DNA of 64,000 nt from an uncultured Chloroflexia bacterium. Lineage in GTDB: Bacteria; Chloroflexota; Dehalococcoidia; DSTF01; JALHUB01. Made by a program: the position numbers and the translations under genes. This document shows, piece by piece, positions 36,622-48,562 of the stretch (the first letter of the stretch is position 1; every line of letters begins with the position of its first letter). The DNA is taken from NCBI GenBank assembly GCA_963763495.1, contig CAVXOY010000018.1, forward strand, positions 16,592-80,591, read 5' to 3'. The notes below the pieces were generated by a model. The model saw nothing but the letters and a program-made list of their open reading frames with translations. It was not told the origin of the DNA and made no database searches.

Positions 36622-38253
36622 ATGGCAGAGATCACCGGTGGCGAGGCAGTAGTCAGGACCCTTATCGCCCACGGCGTCGACGTTGTCTTCGGTCTCATCG
36701 GTGTCCATGCCCTCCCCATCTACGATGCCCTCTCCAAGCACCCGGAGCTCCGCCACATATCCGTCCGCCATGAGCAATCCGCTGCCTACCTCGCCGACGG
36801 CTACTCCCGCGCGAGCGGCCGCCCCGGCGTTTGCATCACCACCACCGGCCCCGGCGCCGCCAACACCGCCGCTGCTATGGGCACTGCCTACAGCGACTCT
36901 GTCCCCATCCTCAATATCACGACCCAGATACCCAGCGACCTGGTGGACAAGGGGAAAGGCTCCCTCCATGAAGCGAAGGACCAACTCGGCCTCTTTCGTG
37001 CCCTCACCAAATGGAACGCCCGCGTCGATCGCATTCAGGACATCCCGTCCGTCATTCACGACGCGTTCCTGGCGATGGCCGAAGGCCGTCCCCGTCCCAC
37101 CCACGTGGAGATATGCGCCGATACCCTCGCCGCCACTGCCGATGAGCAAAGCATCCCCTGGGCAAGCGGCGAAATCCCGGTGCCCGGCCCTGCCGCTGCT
37201 GCCGACAAGGTGGACTGAGGCAGCCCGTATGCTCGCGGCGGCTCAGTGCGCCCGTCATATGGGCGGGTGGTGGTGTAATCCGCTCCGGCGCTGCGGAAGA
37301 GCTGGCGCGACTCGCCGAGACCCTGCAGGCGCCGGTCGTGACCACCGTCCAGGGGAACGGCGCTATCCCCTACGATCACCCTCTTGCCCTGGGGTACCGT
37401 CCTGCTCAGGCCGCCGTGTCCGCCCTTCTTGCGAAATCCGACCTGCTCCTTGCCGTGGGCACTCGCTTTCCCGCCACTCAGACCTCTGACCTGGACGCTC
37501 ACGTTGCCCAAGCGTTTGATCCATGTCGACATCGATGAGGGAGAGATCGGCAAGAACTACCCCGCCGCCCTTGGCCTCGTCGGCGATGCCAGGGCCGTTC
37601 TGAGGCAGCTTCTGGATTCAGTGCCGCCGCTGTCCCGTGCCTCCTGCTGGGCCGGGAATGTCTCCGATATCCGGGCCAAGATCGCGGCGGAGATGAAGTC
37701 GAACGCCCCCGCAGAGATGGGACTTCTTGAGGTGATCCGCGGTGCTATTGACCGCGACGCCGTCGTCGTCTGCGACCAGACCAAGCCCGCCTATTGGGCA
37801 TCCGGCGCCTTCCCCGTCTTCGCTCCCCGCACCTTCCTCTACCCGGGCTATGGCACCCTCGGCTTCGGCTTCCCCGCCGCCCTCGGCGCCAAGATCGCTG
37901 TCCCCGACCGTCAGGTCATCTGCCTCTGCGGCGATGGCGGCTTCCAGTATGCCCTCCCCGAGCTGGCGACCGCCGCCCAGTTCGGCATCAATGTGACGGT
38001 GCTGCTCTTCAACGACAGCGCCTACGGCATCCTCAAGGACATGCAGGACGGCGCCTACGGGGGACGTCACTATGCCGTCGACCTGGTCAACCCCGACTTC
38101 CCGCGCCTAGTCGAGTCCTACGGCCTAAGTTGCCTGTCCCTTGATGGACAGGAGGGGTTAGAGGGTGCGCTCAAAGACGCCCTGGCTGCCGACCGCACGA
38201 CCGTCGTCGAAATCGACACGAGCGTCGCGCGTCCCCCTCAGGGTGTTCACTAG
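36622..38253 (+). CDS. thiamine-diphosphate-dependent enzyme (acetolactate-synthase-like), at least 3 frame breaks (~37215, ~37250, ~37490)
   Basis: N-terminal Pyr domain: GGEAVVRTLIAHGVDVVFGLIGVHALPIYDAL...HEQSAAYLADGYSRASGRPGVCITTTGPGAANT. C-terminal PP domain in ORF 37384-38253: GTLGFGFPAALGAKIA...LCGDGGFQY...LLFNDSAYG. Confidence 0.8.
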
Positions 38254-39926
38254 GACTGCGTTGACAAGACTGATGCGATGGTCACCGGAGAGGCGGGCTC
38301 CGTGTCCACCATGACGTTGATGCAGGCGGGCCGGCCGCTGGCGAATGCCCGCTCCAGCGCTGCTGCCACCTCCGTCGGCTTCTCTACCAACTCGCCGTAC
38401 ACTCCGAAGCCCTCCGCCGCTCGCTCGTAGTGCACGACTCCCAGCTCTGTCCCCACCACCCGGTCCTGGCCCCAGCGGAGTTGCTGCTCGTGCTTCACCA
38501 TCCCCCAGGCCTGGTCGTTGTTCACCACCACCACTATCGGTAGCTTGTGGCGCACCGCCGTCTCGAACTCGGCGAAGTTCAGGCCCAGCGAGCCGTCGCC
38601 GGTGATGACGAGTACCCGCTTGCCCGGATGGGCGAGCTGCGCCGCCAGCCCGAAGGGGATGCCCGTTCCCAGGCAGCCGAGGTAGCCGTAGCAGATCATA
38701 TGCCCCGGCTTCGCCATCGTCGCCGCCATCTGCATCCAGACGTACGTCTCACCCCCGTCGACGACGAGGATGTCGTCGTCCCCCAGGAAACTGTTCACCT
38801 CCGACGCCAGCCGGAAGGGGTGCATCGGCACCGCATCCGATTCCAGCGCCTCTTTGTACAGGAACCGGCTGCCCTGCTTCGCGTTCTGCAGCGTCGTCAG
38901 CCACTCGGGGCGGTCGGGAAACTGCCGGCCCGCCGCTGCCCGGCTGAGCGCCCGCAGCGCCTCCCGGCAATCGGCCACGATTCCCAAATCAACATCCCGG
39001 TTGCGCCCGATCTCCTCGCCCTCAATATCCACCTGGATCACCTTCGCCTCCGGCGCTATCCAGCGGCCTCCGCCCATGAACATGCCCATCCGCGCTCCCA
39101 GGAGCACCACCAGATCGGGCTGACCGTCCGGAATCATCCCCAGGATCGCCATCGTTCCCAGGCCGCCTGCTCCGAGGGGATGCCCGTCCTCCGGCACCGA
39201 CCCTCGCGTCATGCCGTTTGCCAGCACCGGCGTCTGCGTCTGTTCAGCAAACTCCCGCAACTCCGCCGTCGCGCCGGCGAACCAGACGCCGCGCCCGGCG
39301 ACGATAAGAGGACGTTTCGCCGCCGCCAGCAGCGTGAGCATCTCCTCCACCGCCTCCGGCGAAGGAGCGGGCGCCGCCTGCGGCCGGTACGTTTCCGGCA
39401 ACCTTACTGCCGCCTCATCCACCTTGGCGAACAGCACGTCCATCGGTATCTCCAGAAAGACCGGCCCCGGCCTGCCCGTCGTTGCCTGACGGAAGGCCAT
39501 CGCTGTGAACTCCCCTATCCGCTCCGGCGTCAGCACCGTCCGCGCCCACTTGGTGATCGGCTTGAAGAGCGACAGCCCGTCGAAGTCCTGGAGGGATAGC
39601 ATCTCGTCTTCCTTGACAGCGTGGCGGCCGCCCACCACCACCATCGGCACCGCGTCCATCTGCGCGTCCAGCACTGCTGTCACCACGTTAGCCACCCCCG
39701 GCCCGGCCGTCACGATCGCCACCCCCGCCTGGCCGGTCGCCCTTGCCCAACCTTCCGCCATGTGGCCGGCCGCCGCCTCGTGCCGGGCGTCATAGACCTT
39801 GATGTTGTGGTCGAGGCAGGCCTGGAAGATGGGGTCGATGTGTCCCCCGTGCAGCCCGAAGACTTGCCTGACCCCTTCTCGCTCCAGCATCCTGACGAAA
39901 ACCTCGCCGCCGTGTATCTGGGCCAT
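38250..39926 (-). CDS. thiamine-diphosphate-dependent enzyme (ALS/oxalyl-CoA-decarboxylase-like)
   Basis: Start at MAQIHGGEVFVRMLEREGV, inside ORF 38250-40115. HEAAAGHMAEGWARATGQAGVAIVTAGPGVANV...GCLGTGIPFGLAAQLA...ITGDGSLGLN...VVVNNDQAWG. Confidence 0.82.
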   Translation of the reverse strand: MAQIHGGEVFVRMLEREGVRQVFGLHGGHIDPIFQACLDHNIKVYDARHEAAAGHMAEGWARATGQAGVAIVTAGPGVANVVTAVLDAQMDAVPMVVVGGRHAVKEDEMLSLQDFDGLSLFKPITKWARTVLTPERIGEFTAMAFRQATTGRPGPVFLEIPMDVLFAKVDEAAVRLPETYRPQAAPAPSPEAVEEMLTLLAAAKRPLIVAGRGVWFAGATAELREFAEQTQTPVLANGMTRGSVPEDGHPLGAGGLGTMAILGMIPDGQPDLVVLLGARMGMFMGGGRWIAPEAKVIQVDIEGEEIGRNRDVDLGIVADCREALRALSRAAAGRQFPDRPEWLTTLQNAKQGSRFLYKEALESDAVPMHPFRLASEVNSFLGDDDILVVDGGETYVWMQMAATMAKPGHMICYGYLGCLGTGIPFGLAAQLAHPGKRVLVITGDGSLGLNFAEFETAVRHKLPIVVVVNNDQAWGMVKHEQQLRWGQDRVVGTELGVVHYERAAEGFGVYGELVEKPTEVAAALERAFASGRPACINVMVDTEPASPVTIASVLSTQS

Positions 39927-40126
39927 CTTCCCGTCCTTTCTCTCCGAAAGCCGTGATCTGGCTGTAGCTCTGGGATGGAAATCGCTGGGGCTAATATAGC
40001 ACCGTCGCTGCGATGGTGGGAGACTGCTTCCGAGCCTTCGTCGAGCGGTCCCGGCTATCTGCGTCCTTGACGTAATCCCCCCCAACTGATAGACAATATG
40101 GAGGGCACTATCCACGATACCTTAGG

Positions 40127-42194
40127 TTGGGGCGGGGTATGAGTTCAACCGGGTTGGCCGACGTTGAGGCCCACTGGGGCCGCAAGATCGTCGGGATCAC
40201 TGTCGCGATTGTCGTGGCCGCCATCGGCGCGTTTTTTGCCTACCGTGCCTTCTTCAGCGGTGGCGACAGCAAGCAGGAGCCTTACCAGCCGCAGACCGTC
40301 GGCAAGATGACCCTGCGCTCCATGATCACGACCTCGGGCGTAGCCATATCCCAGGATGAGGCCGTTCTCAGCTTCTCCCTTCCCGGCCAGATCACTGACA
40401 TCAAAGTCGAACTCGGCGACGAAGTGAAGTTCGACCAGCCTCTCATGAGCGTAAAGGCCGAAGAACTGGAAAACGCCCTTGCCGTCGCCCAGTCCAACCT
40501 CGCCGTCGCCCGTCTCCATCTCCGGAAGCTCCAGGAAGGTGCCACCTCCGCTGAGCTTGTCGCTGCCGAGGACGCCGTGACCGGCGCCGGGGCTGCGCTC
40601 ACCAAGGCCGAGAACGACCTGCATGACGCCCTCGATCCGCCGGAAGAGGCCGACCTGACCGCCGCCGAGCAGGCCGTGACGACCGCCGAGGCCGCTCTCT
40701 CCTCCGCCGAAAGCAAGCTCAACATCCTTCAGAACGGGGCGTCTGACGCTGACGTGGCTGCCGCTGAGGCAAACCTCATCCAGGCTGAGACCAGCTACTC
40801 GCAGGCCGAAAGGAACCTGGAGTCGGCCGAGGAGGACGAAGACAACGCTGCCAGCGGCTTCGAACTGGCGGCCGAGGACGTACTGCGATATCGATGGCCA
40901 CCTGGAGGACATCTGCGCCGATGTGCTGGCCAACAACTACGAGGACCCCCTGACCACCGATCAGGTGGACGCTCTCTCGGAGAGTGTCGCGCCCGAGCCC
41001 ACGCCCACCCGAACCCCCGGCCCCTCCCCCACCCGAACACCGACGCCGACTCCTATGCCACCCACCGCTACACCTACGCCGTGCGGCGATCCTTGCCCGA
41101 CCTTGACGCCGACACCCACGCGTACGCCTCGAAATACTCCCGAGCCGATTACCGATATTGAGAACGCCACGGGCAACCTCATCTATGCCAGCAACACCTA
41201 CCGTAACAGCATAACCGCTGTCGAGAATGCCGAGGACGATGTCACGATGACCGAAGCCCTCTATGTGGCGGCGGACCTCGCCCTCCAGGAACTCCAGGAC
41301 GGCGCCTCAGCCGAGGAGATCACCGCCGCCGAAGATGCGGTCGAGTCCGCCCGCGCTCAGCTTACCGCCAGCCAGGCTGCCCTTCAGAGAGTAATCGACG
41401 GAGCGTCCGACACGACGGTCGCGAACCTCTACGCCGCCACCGACAAAGCGCGCGCCACCCTCGCCTCCGCCGTCAGCGCCCGCGACGAATTGCGCGCGGG
41501 AGCCACAAACACCGAGACGGCGCTACAGGAACAGGAGGTTACTCAGGCCGAGCTGGCCGTCGAAAGGGCCCGTGACGCTCTTGACGAGGCCACCCTCCGT
41601 TCACCGTTCGATGGTGTTGTCTCTTCCTTACCGGTCAAGGTAGGCCAGTTTGTCAGCTCTGCCACGCCTGCCGCTACCATACTCACCCCAGGCGCCCTCC
41701 TGTTCGAGCTCAATATCGGTGAGACGGAACTGCCTAACATCAAGGTTGGCCAGGTGGGCGGCCTCATATTCGATGCTATACAGGGGAAAGTCTATCCCAT
41801 CCGTGTGGTCGCCATCGGCCTGTCCCCCGAGATCCAGCAGGGTGTCATCATCTACAAGGTTCGCACCCAGATCATAAGTGGCCTCGATGACCCCGCAGGA
41901 CCGCGGCCGGCGCCCGGAATGAACGGCTCTGCCTCTATCATCGCCGATCAGAAAGCAGACGTGGTTGCTATCCCCAGCGCCTTGATCCGGCGCCGGGGCA
42001 ACGAAAAGGTCGTGGAAGTCGTTGTCGACGGCCAGATCGAACTGCGCCCGGTGGAGACCGGCCTCAGCGATGGTGAGAACATTGAGATCACCAGCGGGCT
42101 CAACGTCGGCGACGTGATCGCTGTGCGTGGAGTGGGACTGGCAAGCACGAGCACGACCAAGAGGCATGAAGAGCTGCCGGAAGGGATCCGCTAG
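40127..42194 (+). CDS. HlyD/MacA-type periplasmic adaptor (membrane fusion protein) with a Pro/Thr-rich insert, frame broken once near 40885-40925
   Basis: ORFs 40127-41161 and 40923-42194. N-terminal TM IVGITVAIVVAAIGAFFAY. Long Ala/Glu coiled coils. Insert PEPTPTRTPGPSPTRTPTPTPMPPTATPTPCGDPCPTLTPTPTRTPRNTPEP. C-terminal beta-barrel LRSPFDGVVSSLPVKVGQFV. An alternative ATG lies at 40139. Confidence 0.8.
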
Positions 42195-42213
42195 AGGTGG
42201 TTGAGAGGCGGCG

Positions 42214-42951
42214 GTGATCAAGCTTGTCGGCATCAACAAAGTGTACAAAGCGGGTGACGTGCCGATCTATGCTTTGCGAGACGTCAGCCTCGAACTACCT
42301 GATGGTGAGTTCATAGCCATCATCGGCCCTTCCGGTTCCGGCAAATCGACCCTCATGAACATCATCGGCTGCCTTGATGTCCCCACGTCAGGTAAGTACA
42401 GCCTTGACGGGGTGGCGGTTGACACCCTCGGTGATAACGCCCTCGCCACGATCAGGAACCGTAGGATCGGCTTCGTCTTCCAGAGCTTCAACCTTCTGCC
42501 CCGGCTCACCGCAATCGAGCAGGTCGAGGTGCCCCTCACCTACCGCGGTGCCAGTAACCGCCGCAAACTGGCCCGCCAGGCCCTGATAGACGTCGGCCTC
42601 GGCGACCGTCTTCACCATCGACCTACTCAGCTTTCCGGCGGTCAGCAGCAGCGGGTTGCCATCGCCCGCGCCATCGTGAGTAGACCTTCCATCATTCTCG
42701 CTGACGAGCCCACCGGCGCCCTCGACAGCTCCACCAGTACCGAGATCATGCGCATCTTCGAGGCCCTAAACCATGAGATGGGCATGACCATTATCTTCGT
42801 GACCCATGAAAGAGAGGTTGCCGGCTGCACCCGCCGGATTATCCAACTCCGTGACGGGCAGGTAGTCAGCGACGCCGCCACTCCCGCCGCAGCGGAACTC
42901 TCCGCCTCCGCCTACCTCCAGGAGTCCCTTGTTGAGGAGCCTTCGGCTTGA
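42214..42951 (+). CDS. ABC transporter ATP-binding protein (MacB/LolD family)
   Basis: Walker [10 protein letters not shown]. Signature [14 protein letters not shown]. Walker [29 protein letters not shown] is typical of the MacB/LolD family. Confidence 0.92.
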   Translation: MIKLVGINKVYKAGDVPIYALRDVSLELPDGEFIAIIGPSGSGKSTLMNIIGCLDVPTSGKYSLDGVAVDTLGDNALATIRNRRIGFVFQSFNLLPRLTAIEQVEVPLTYRGASNRRKLARQALIDVGLGDRLHHRPTQLSGGQQQRVAIARAIVSRPSIILADEPTGALDSSTSTEIMRIFEALNHEMGMTIIFVTHEREVAGCTRRIIQLRDGQVVSDAATPAAAELSASAYLQESLVEEPSA

Positions 42952-44216
42952 ACCCTTTCGACACCATCCCGATAGCCCTTCGCGCCCTCGCCGCCAACAA
43001 GCTGCGTTCCTCGCTCACCATGCTCGGCATCATCATCGGCGTGGGCGCCGTCATCGCCCTCATGGCTGCCGGCCAAGGTGCTCAGAAGGGCATCACCGAC
43101 CGCATAAGAGGATTGGGCAGCAATCTCCTCTTCATCCGCCCCGGTCAGCCTGAGGACAACAAGAACAACGACCCGACCGGCGGGCAGGTCTTCACCCTGG
43201 TTAGCACCGACGCCGATGCGATCAACAACCCCGACCGCTTCCCCTATGTGGAGAGCGTCGCCGCTCAGGTGTTCTTCGAAGCCCCCATCACTTCCGGCGG
43301 GCAGAGCATGCAAGTCAACTTTACCGGCGTCACCCCGGACTACCAGTTCACCCGCGACCACTACGTTGCCTCGGGGCGCTTCATAACCGACGACGACGTA
43401 ACCCGGAAGGGCCTAGTCGCCGTCCTCGGTCCTAATGTCGCCGAGAATCTCTTCGGCGACGTCGATCCTATAGGTCGGACGGCGCGGTTGACTGTGGGGG
43501 CTTTCAGAATCTACTTCAGCTTCAACTTTCTCATCGTAGGTGTCATGGAGCGCAAGGGCGCCACCGCCACCGGCGATGAGGACGATCTCGTGATCATCCC
43601 CCTGCCCACGATGCAGGCGCGCATACCCTACATCCGCAATCCCAAGGGGCTCAGCAACGTCCACCAGATAACGGTAAAGATCTCCAGCTCCGACAAGTTC
43701 GGTCAGGCCAAGGAGGAGATAGCCGCCCTCCTGCGCGACCGCCACGGCGTCACCAAAGACGACTTCACCATTCGCTCTCAGGAAGACCTTGTCGCAACCG
43801 TCTCCGAGGTGTCACAGACGCTTACCATCCTCCTCGGCAGCATCGCCGGCATATCGCTCGTCGTTGGCGGCATCGGCATCATGAACATCATGCTCGTCTC
43901 TGTCACCGAGAGGACGCGCGAGATCGGCATCCGCAAGGCCCTCGGCGCCAAACGCCGCGACATTCTCGCTCAGTTCATGGTCGAGGCCATCACGGTCACC
44001 ATGCTGGGAGGACTAACGGGCATACTCGTGGGGGTGCTGGCAGCCCGTTTGGCCGATGGACAGCATGTCTTCGGGCGGGACCTCCAGACAGCCGTCACGC
44101 CCCTTTCGATCATGATTGCCTTCAGCGTCTCGGCTGTCATCGGCCTCTTCTTCGGCATATACCCCGCCTACAACGCTTCCCGCCTCAACCCCATCGAGGC
44201 CCTCCGCCACGAATAG
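42948..44216 (+). CDS. ABC transporter permease (MacB_PCD + FtsX domains)
   Basis: N-terminus [28 protein letters not shown] large extracytoplasmic domain. C-terminal FtsX motif [21 protein letters not shown]. It overlaps the upstream stop by 4 nt. Confidence 0.9.
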   Translation: MNPFDTIPIALRALAANKLRSSLTMLGIIIGVGAVIALMAAGQGAQKGITDRIRGLGSNLLFIRPGQPEDNKNNDPTGGQVFTLVSTDADAINNPDRFPYVESVAAQVFFEAPITSGGQSMQVNFTGVTPDYQFTRDHYVASGRFITDDDVTRKGLVAVLGPNVAENLFGDVDPIGRTARLTVGAFRIYFSFNFLIVGVMERKGATATGDEDDLVIIPLPTMQARIPYIRNPKGLSNVHQITVKISSSDKFGQAKEEIAALLRDRHGVTKDDFTIRSQEDLVATVSEVSQTLTILLGSIAGISLVVGGIGIMNIMLVSVTERTREIGIRKALGAKRRDILAQFMVEAITVTMLGGLTGILVGVLAARLADGQHVFGRDLQTAVTPLSIMIAFSVSAVIGLFFGIYPAYNASRLNPIEALRHE

Positions 44217-44250
44217 CGCTCCCGACAGTGCGGGTGGCCGTTTCTGCCGC

Positions 44251-44901
44251 CTATCCGCCGCTCTGCCTATGGCCCGGCCCCAAGATCCCCTGGAAGAAGG
44301 CGACGACCTCCTTTGTCATCGCCTCCTCCTGTCCCCACCAGAAATGGTCAGCGCCCGGGACGATGACTTTCCGGTGTTCCCCCTTAAGAGAGGGGACAAT
44401 ATCCTCCAGCCGCTCGGCGGGAGCGATGACGTCATCCGCCCCAAACACGAAGAGCGCCGGACAACGCAGCTCCCATCCCGAGAGATCCTGCATGGCCAAG
44501 GGCGGCGAGACCGCGGCTACCCCCCGCACGCGCTCGTCGACCGCCGTCAGAGCCACCAGCGCCCCGAAGGAATAACCGGCAAGTCCCATCCTGCCGCCGT
44601 CGACGTCAGGTGCCCCCTCCAGGTAATCGAGCGCGGCCTGAACGTCGCCGCGCTCCTCGATGCCGCCCCCATACGAGCCTTGGCTGGCGCCGCTGCCCCG
44701 AAAGTTGAACCGCAGCGCCCCGATTCCCGCCGACGCCAGCCCCTCGCAGATCGCGACCACCACCGAGTTGTGCATGTCGCCGCCGTACAGCGGATGGGGA
44801 TGGCATACTGCCACCGCCGGAAAAGGAGAACCGGCCTCGGGTCGGTGAAAGACCCCCTCCAGCGTCAGCCCGCCGGCGGAGAAGGTGACATACTGTTCCA
44901 C
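44251..44901 (-). CDS. alpha/beta hydrolase (serine hydrolase, GYSFG nucleophile elbow)
   Basis: AVCHPHPLYGGDMHN...FNFRGSGASQG...LAGYSFGA...GADDVIAP...GADHFW. Confidence 0.75.
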   Translation of the reverse strand: MEQYVTFSAGGLTLEGVFHRPEAGSPFPAVAVCHPHPLYGGDMHNSVVVAICEGLASAGIGALRFNFRGSGASQGSYGGGIEERGDVQAALDYLEGAPDVDGGRMGLAGYSFGALVALTAVDERVRGVAAVSPPLAMQDLSGWELRCPALFVFGADDVIAPAERLEDIVPSLKGEHRKVIVPGADHFWWGQEEAMTKEVVAFFQGILGPGHRQSGG

Positions 44902-45104
44902 TGACGCACTCCAAAGAGAAAGTTGGCCCGCGTGCCCGCTCGTGAGGGAGATCTGCTCCCGCCGGGGTTAGGAGGGCGGCTGCTAGACAACCTTTCTCAT
45001 CAGGCAGGGCGGGTGCCGGCCATCGAAATGGACGTAGCCGGAATGACACGCTGTGAGATTGGAGAACGATTCCTCCGCAAAGGCATATCTTAGTCAGGCC
45101 CTGA

Positions 45105-45605
45105 TCAAGGCCCGTTGATATGCGCGATGTTCTTGGCGTCAAACTTACGGAGTAGTTCCCGGAAGCTCTCTCTCTCCTTGAGCGACAGCACTCCGAATAG
45201 TTCGGCGTGGATCTCACACCAGGCGCGCTGGGTGTTCCGCCGTACCTCGTGGCCCTTCGCGGTGGGCGCGACCAGCACCTTGCGCCGGTCCTTGGGGTCG
45301 TTCGTGCGTTCCAGCAGTCCCCGTTCGCACATCCGGTCGACAAGGGTGGTTACGCTTGGGCTCTCCTGCAGCAAGAACCGCGCCAGCGCCTTGATGGTGA
45401 TGGGCTCCGGGTTGTTGGCAAATCGCGTCAGCGCGATTGCCTGGGGGATCGTCACGTTCCACTTCGCCAGGGCTCGCTCGCTCTCTTTGCGGAGGATGAC
45501 GGAGGCGATATACAGCAGACTCCATTCCTCGCGGTTGGCCTCTTCCAAGCCTTGTGCTAACTCGCATTCCTCGCGGCTGGCTGCCGCCGAGCTATACATT
45601 GTCAT
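45105..45605 (-). CDS. MarR-family transcriptional regulator
   Basis: Winged HTH: PQAIALTRFANNPEPITIKALARFLLQESPSVTTLVDRMCERGLLERTNDPKDRRKVLV. Confidence 0.85.
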   Translation of the reverse strand: MTMYSSAAASREECELAQGLEEANREEWSLLYIASVILRKESERALAKWNVTIPQAIALTRFANNPEPITIKALARFLLQESPSVTTLVDRMCERGLLERTNDPKDRRKVLVAPTAKGHEVRRNTQRAWCEIHAELFGVLSLKERESFRELLRKFDAKNIAHINGP

Positions 45606-45892
45606 GGCTCGTCTCCTTGATGGGAACGACTGTCACTACCACCCGTTCCCCTGCGCGGGTAAATAGTAGCACACTAACTAAGAGAATGCTACTTGACAAG
45701 CGAGTAGGAGTCGGGTACGAATTAAGAGATCGTGTCTATTCATTTAAGGCTAGTCAGCTTTCTGCTGATGGACTCCAGGTCGTCCGTCGCTACCCGTGGC
45801 ATCAGGGTTTGACGACGACCCCACTAATTGGTCTGTTGAGAGGGATAGTGACCCTTTTTCAGAGAGCAAGTGAGAACATGGAGGTATGACCA

Positions 45893-46393
45893 ATGGCAGG
45901 CAAGACACCGTTTCCTAAAGTAGTGGATGTCGACAAGGTCAAGGGGCTAAGTGAGTGGCACGCGCTCTACCAGGCGTACAATGCCGTTTTCAAGGTCCAA
46001 GAGCTCGCCCTTATCGCCCAGGGCATATCGCTGCCCCAGCTCCAGCTCCTATCCCTGCTGGCCTATGAGCAGCGCCCCCTCGCCATCAGCGAGCTCGCCA
46101 CCTGGATGGTTAAGGAGCCCAACAGCCTCACCGGCCTCGTCGACCGCGCCGAAGCCAAAGGCTGGGTCCACACCCACGGCGACCCCAAGGACCGGCGCAA
46201 GCGGCTCGTAGAGTTCACGACGGCCGGCGTCAAGAAGTTCGAAGAGGCCTTCAACCTCTCCAACGCCGTTGCCGCCAAGCTCTTCGGCAAGCTCAATGCC
46301 AGCGAACTGAACCAACTGAAGAACGCCAGCACGAAGCTCCGCGACGCTGCCCGCACTGACCTGGCGAAGCGGCCCACCTTCCGCGGCTTCTAG
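45893..46393 (+). CDS. MarR-family transcriptional regulator
   Basis: PQLQLLSLLAYEQRPLAISELATWMVKEPNSLTGLVDRAEAKGWVHTHGDPKDRRKRLV. Confidence 0.85.
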   Translation: MAGKTPFPKVVDVDKVKGLSEWHALYQAYNAVFKVQELALIAQGISLPQLQLLSLLAYEQRPLAISELATWMVKEPNSLTGLVDRAEAKGWVHTHGDPKDRRKRLVEFTTAGVKKFEEAFNLSNAVAAKLFGKLNASELNQLKNASTKLRDAARTDLAKRPTFRGF

Positions 46394-46499
46394 GCACGTT
46401 CCTTTCGCCGCCGAGGCGAACGCTGGGCACAGCGATCTCTCGCTTCCTGACCCTGGTCGAGTAGATACGCTGCTTGCCCGTCCGGCTCATCGCGAAGCA

Positions 46500-46547
46500 A
46501 GACGACGCTGCCGTCGACAGATGCGAGTCTGAGCGGCAGCGTCGTCT
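46500..46547. other. perfect 14-bp-stem hairpin (20-nt loop) in a 340-nt non-coding stretch
   Basis: AGACGACGCTGCCG (46500-46513) pairs with CGGCAGCGTCGTCT (46534-46547). No U-tract follows. Function unknown: terminator of the MarR gene, a protein-binding site, or part of an sRNA. Confidence 0.4.
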
Positions 46548-46699
46548 ACTCTTGTCCCGCGGTCCTCTACGGCGTCGCCGTAGGGTACGGTCTGAGCACG
46601 GCTCGACCGGTTAGCGACAATTGCCTCCGTCGCTGACCGAGAATCTCACACGGACAGCGCCCGCTTCGGCGGGATCAGGCTCCCCTGTCACCCTGCCAC

Positions 46700-46728
46700 T
46701 TGACGCTACGGCCCCTGATCGCTAAATA
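46700..46728 (+). promoter_or_regulatory. sigma-70-type promoter of groEL
   Basis: TTGACG (46700-46705), 17-nt spacer, TAAATA (46723-46728). It lies directly upstream of CIRCE. Confidence 0.6.
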
Positions 46729-46735
46729 TATAGTG

Positions 46736-46762
46736 TTAGCACTCTCCCCGAACGAGTGCTAA
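46736..46762 (+). promoter_or_regulatory. CIRCE operator (HrcA binding site), perfect consensus
   Basis: TTAGCACTC-TCCCCGAAC-GAGTGCTAA, a 9-bp inverted repeat with a 9-nt spacer. It sits 45 nt upstream of the groEL ATG. Confidence 0.93.
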
Positions 46763-46804
46763 AATATCGCCTGTAGCAAGAACAAAATCCATCACAAGGA
46801 GTGA

Positions 46805-48429
<1,625 letters not shown>

Positions 48430-48450
48430 CGGCGCAGCAAGCGCGAAATC

Positions 48451-48480
48451 GTAGGGCCGGGACGCAAGTTCCGGCCCTAC
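48451..48480 (+). terminator. intrinsic terminator-like hairpin after groEL
   Basis: GTAGGGCCGG-GACGCAAGTT-CCGGCCCTAC, a 10-bp stem, followed by TTCATCT. Confidence 0.6.
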
Positions 48481-48562
48481 TTCATCTAGGCTGGGGTGCT
48501 GTTTGTCCTCCTGCGCTCTCGTCCCACTTGCTCCTATCACCCCGCATCGCTAGATTCTAAGC

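Noticed and set aside
44116-45343. ORFs 44116-44904 (+, 262 aa) and 44606-45343 (-, 245 aa) overlapping the alpha/beta hydrolase gene and the region upstream of it.
   Set aside because: Their translations are Arg/Pro/Gly-rich without motifs. The hydrolase frame (44251-44901, minus strand) has clear family signatures, and the remainder is intergenic.
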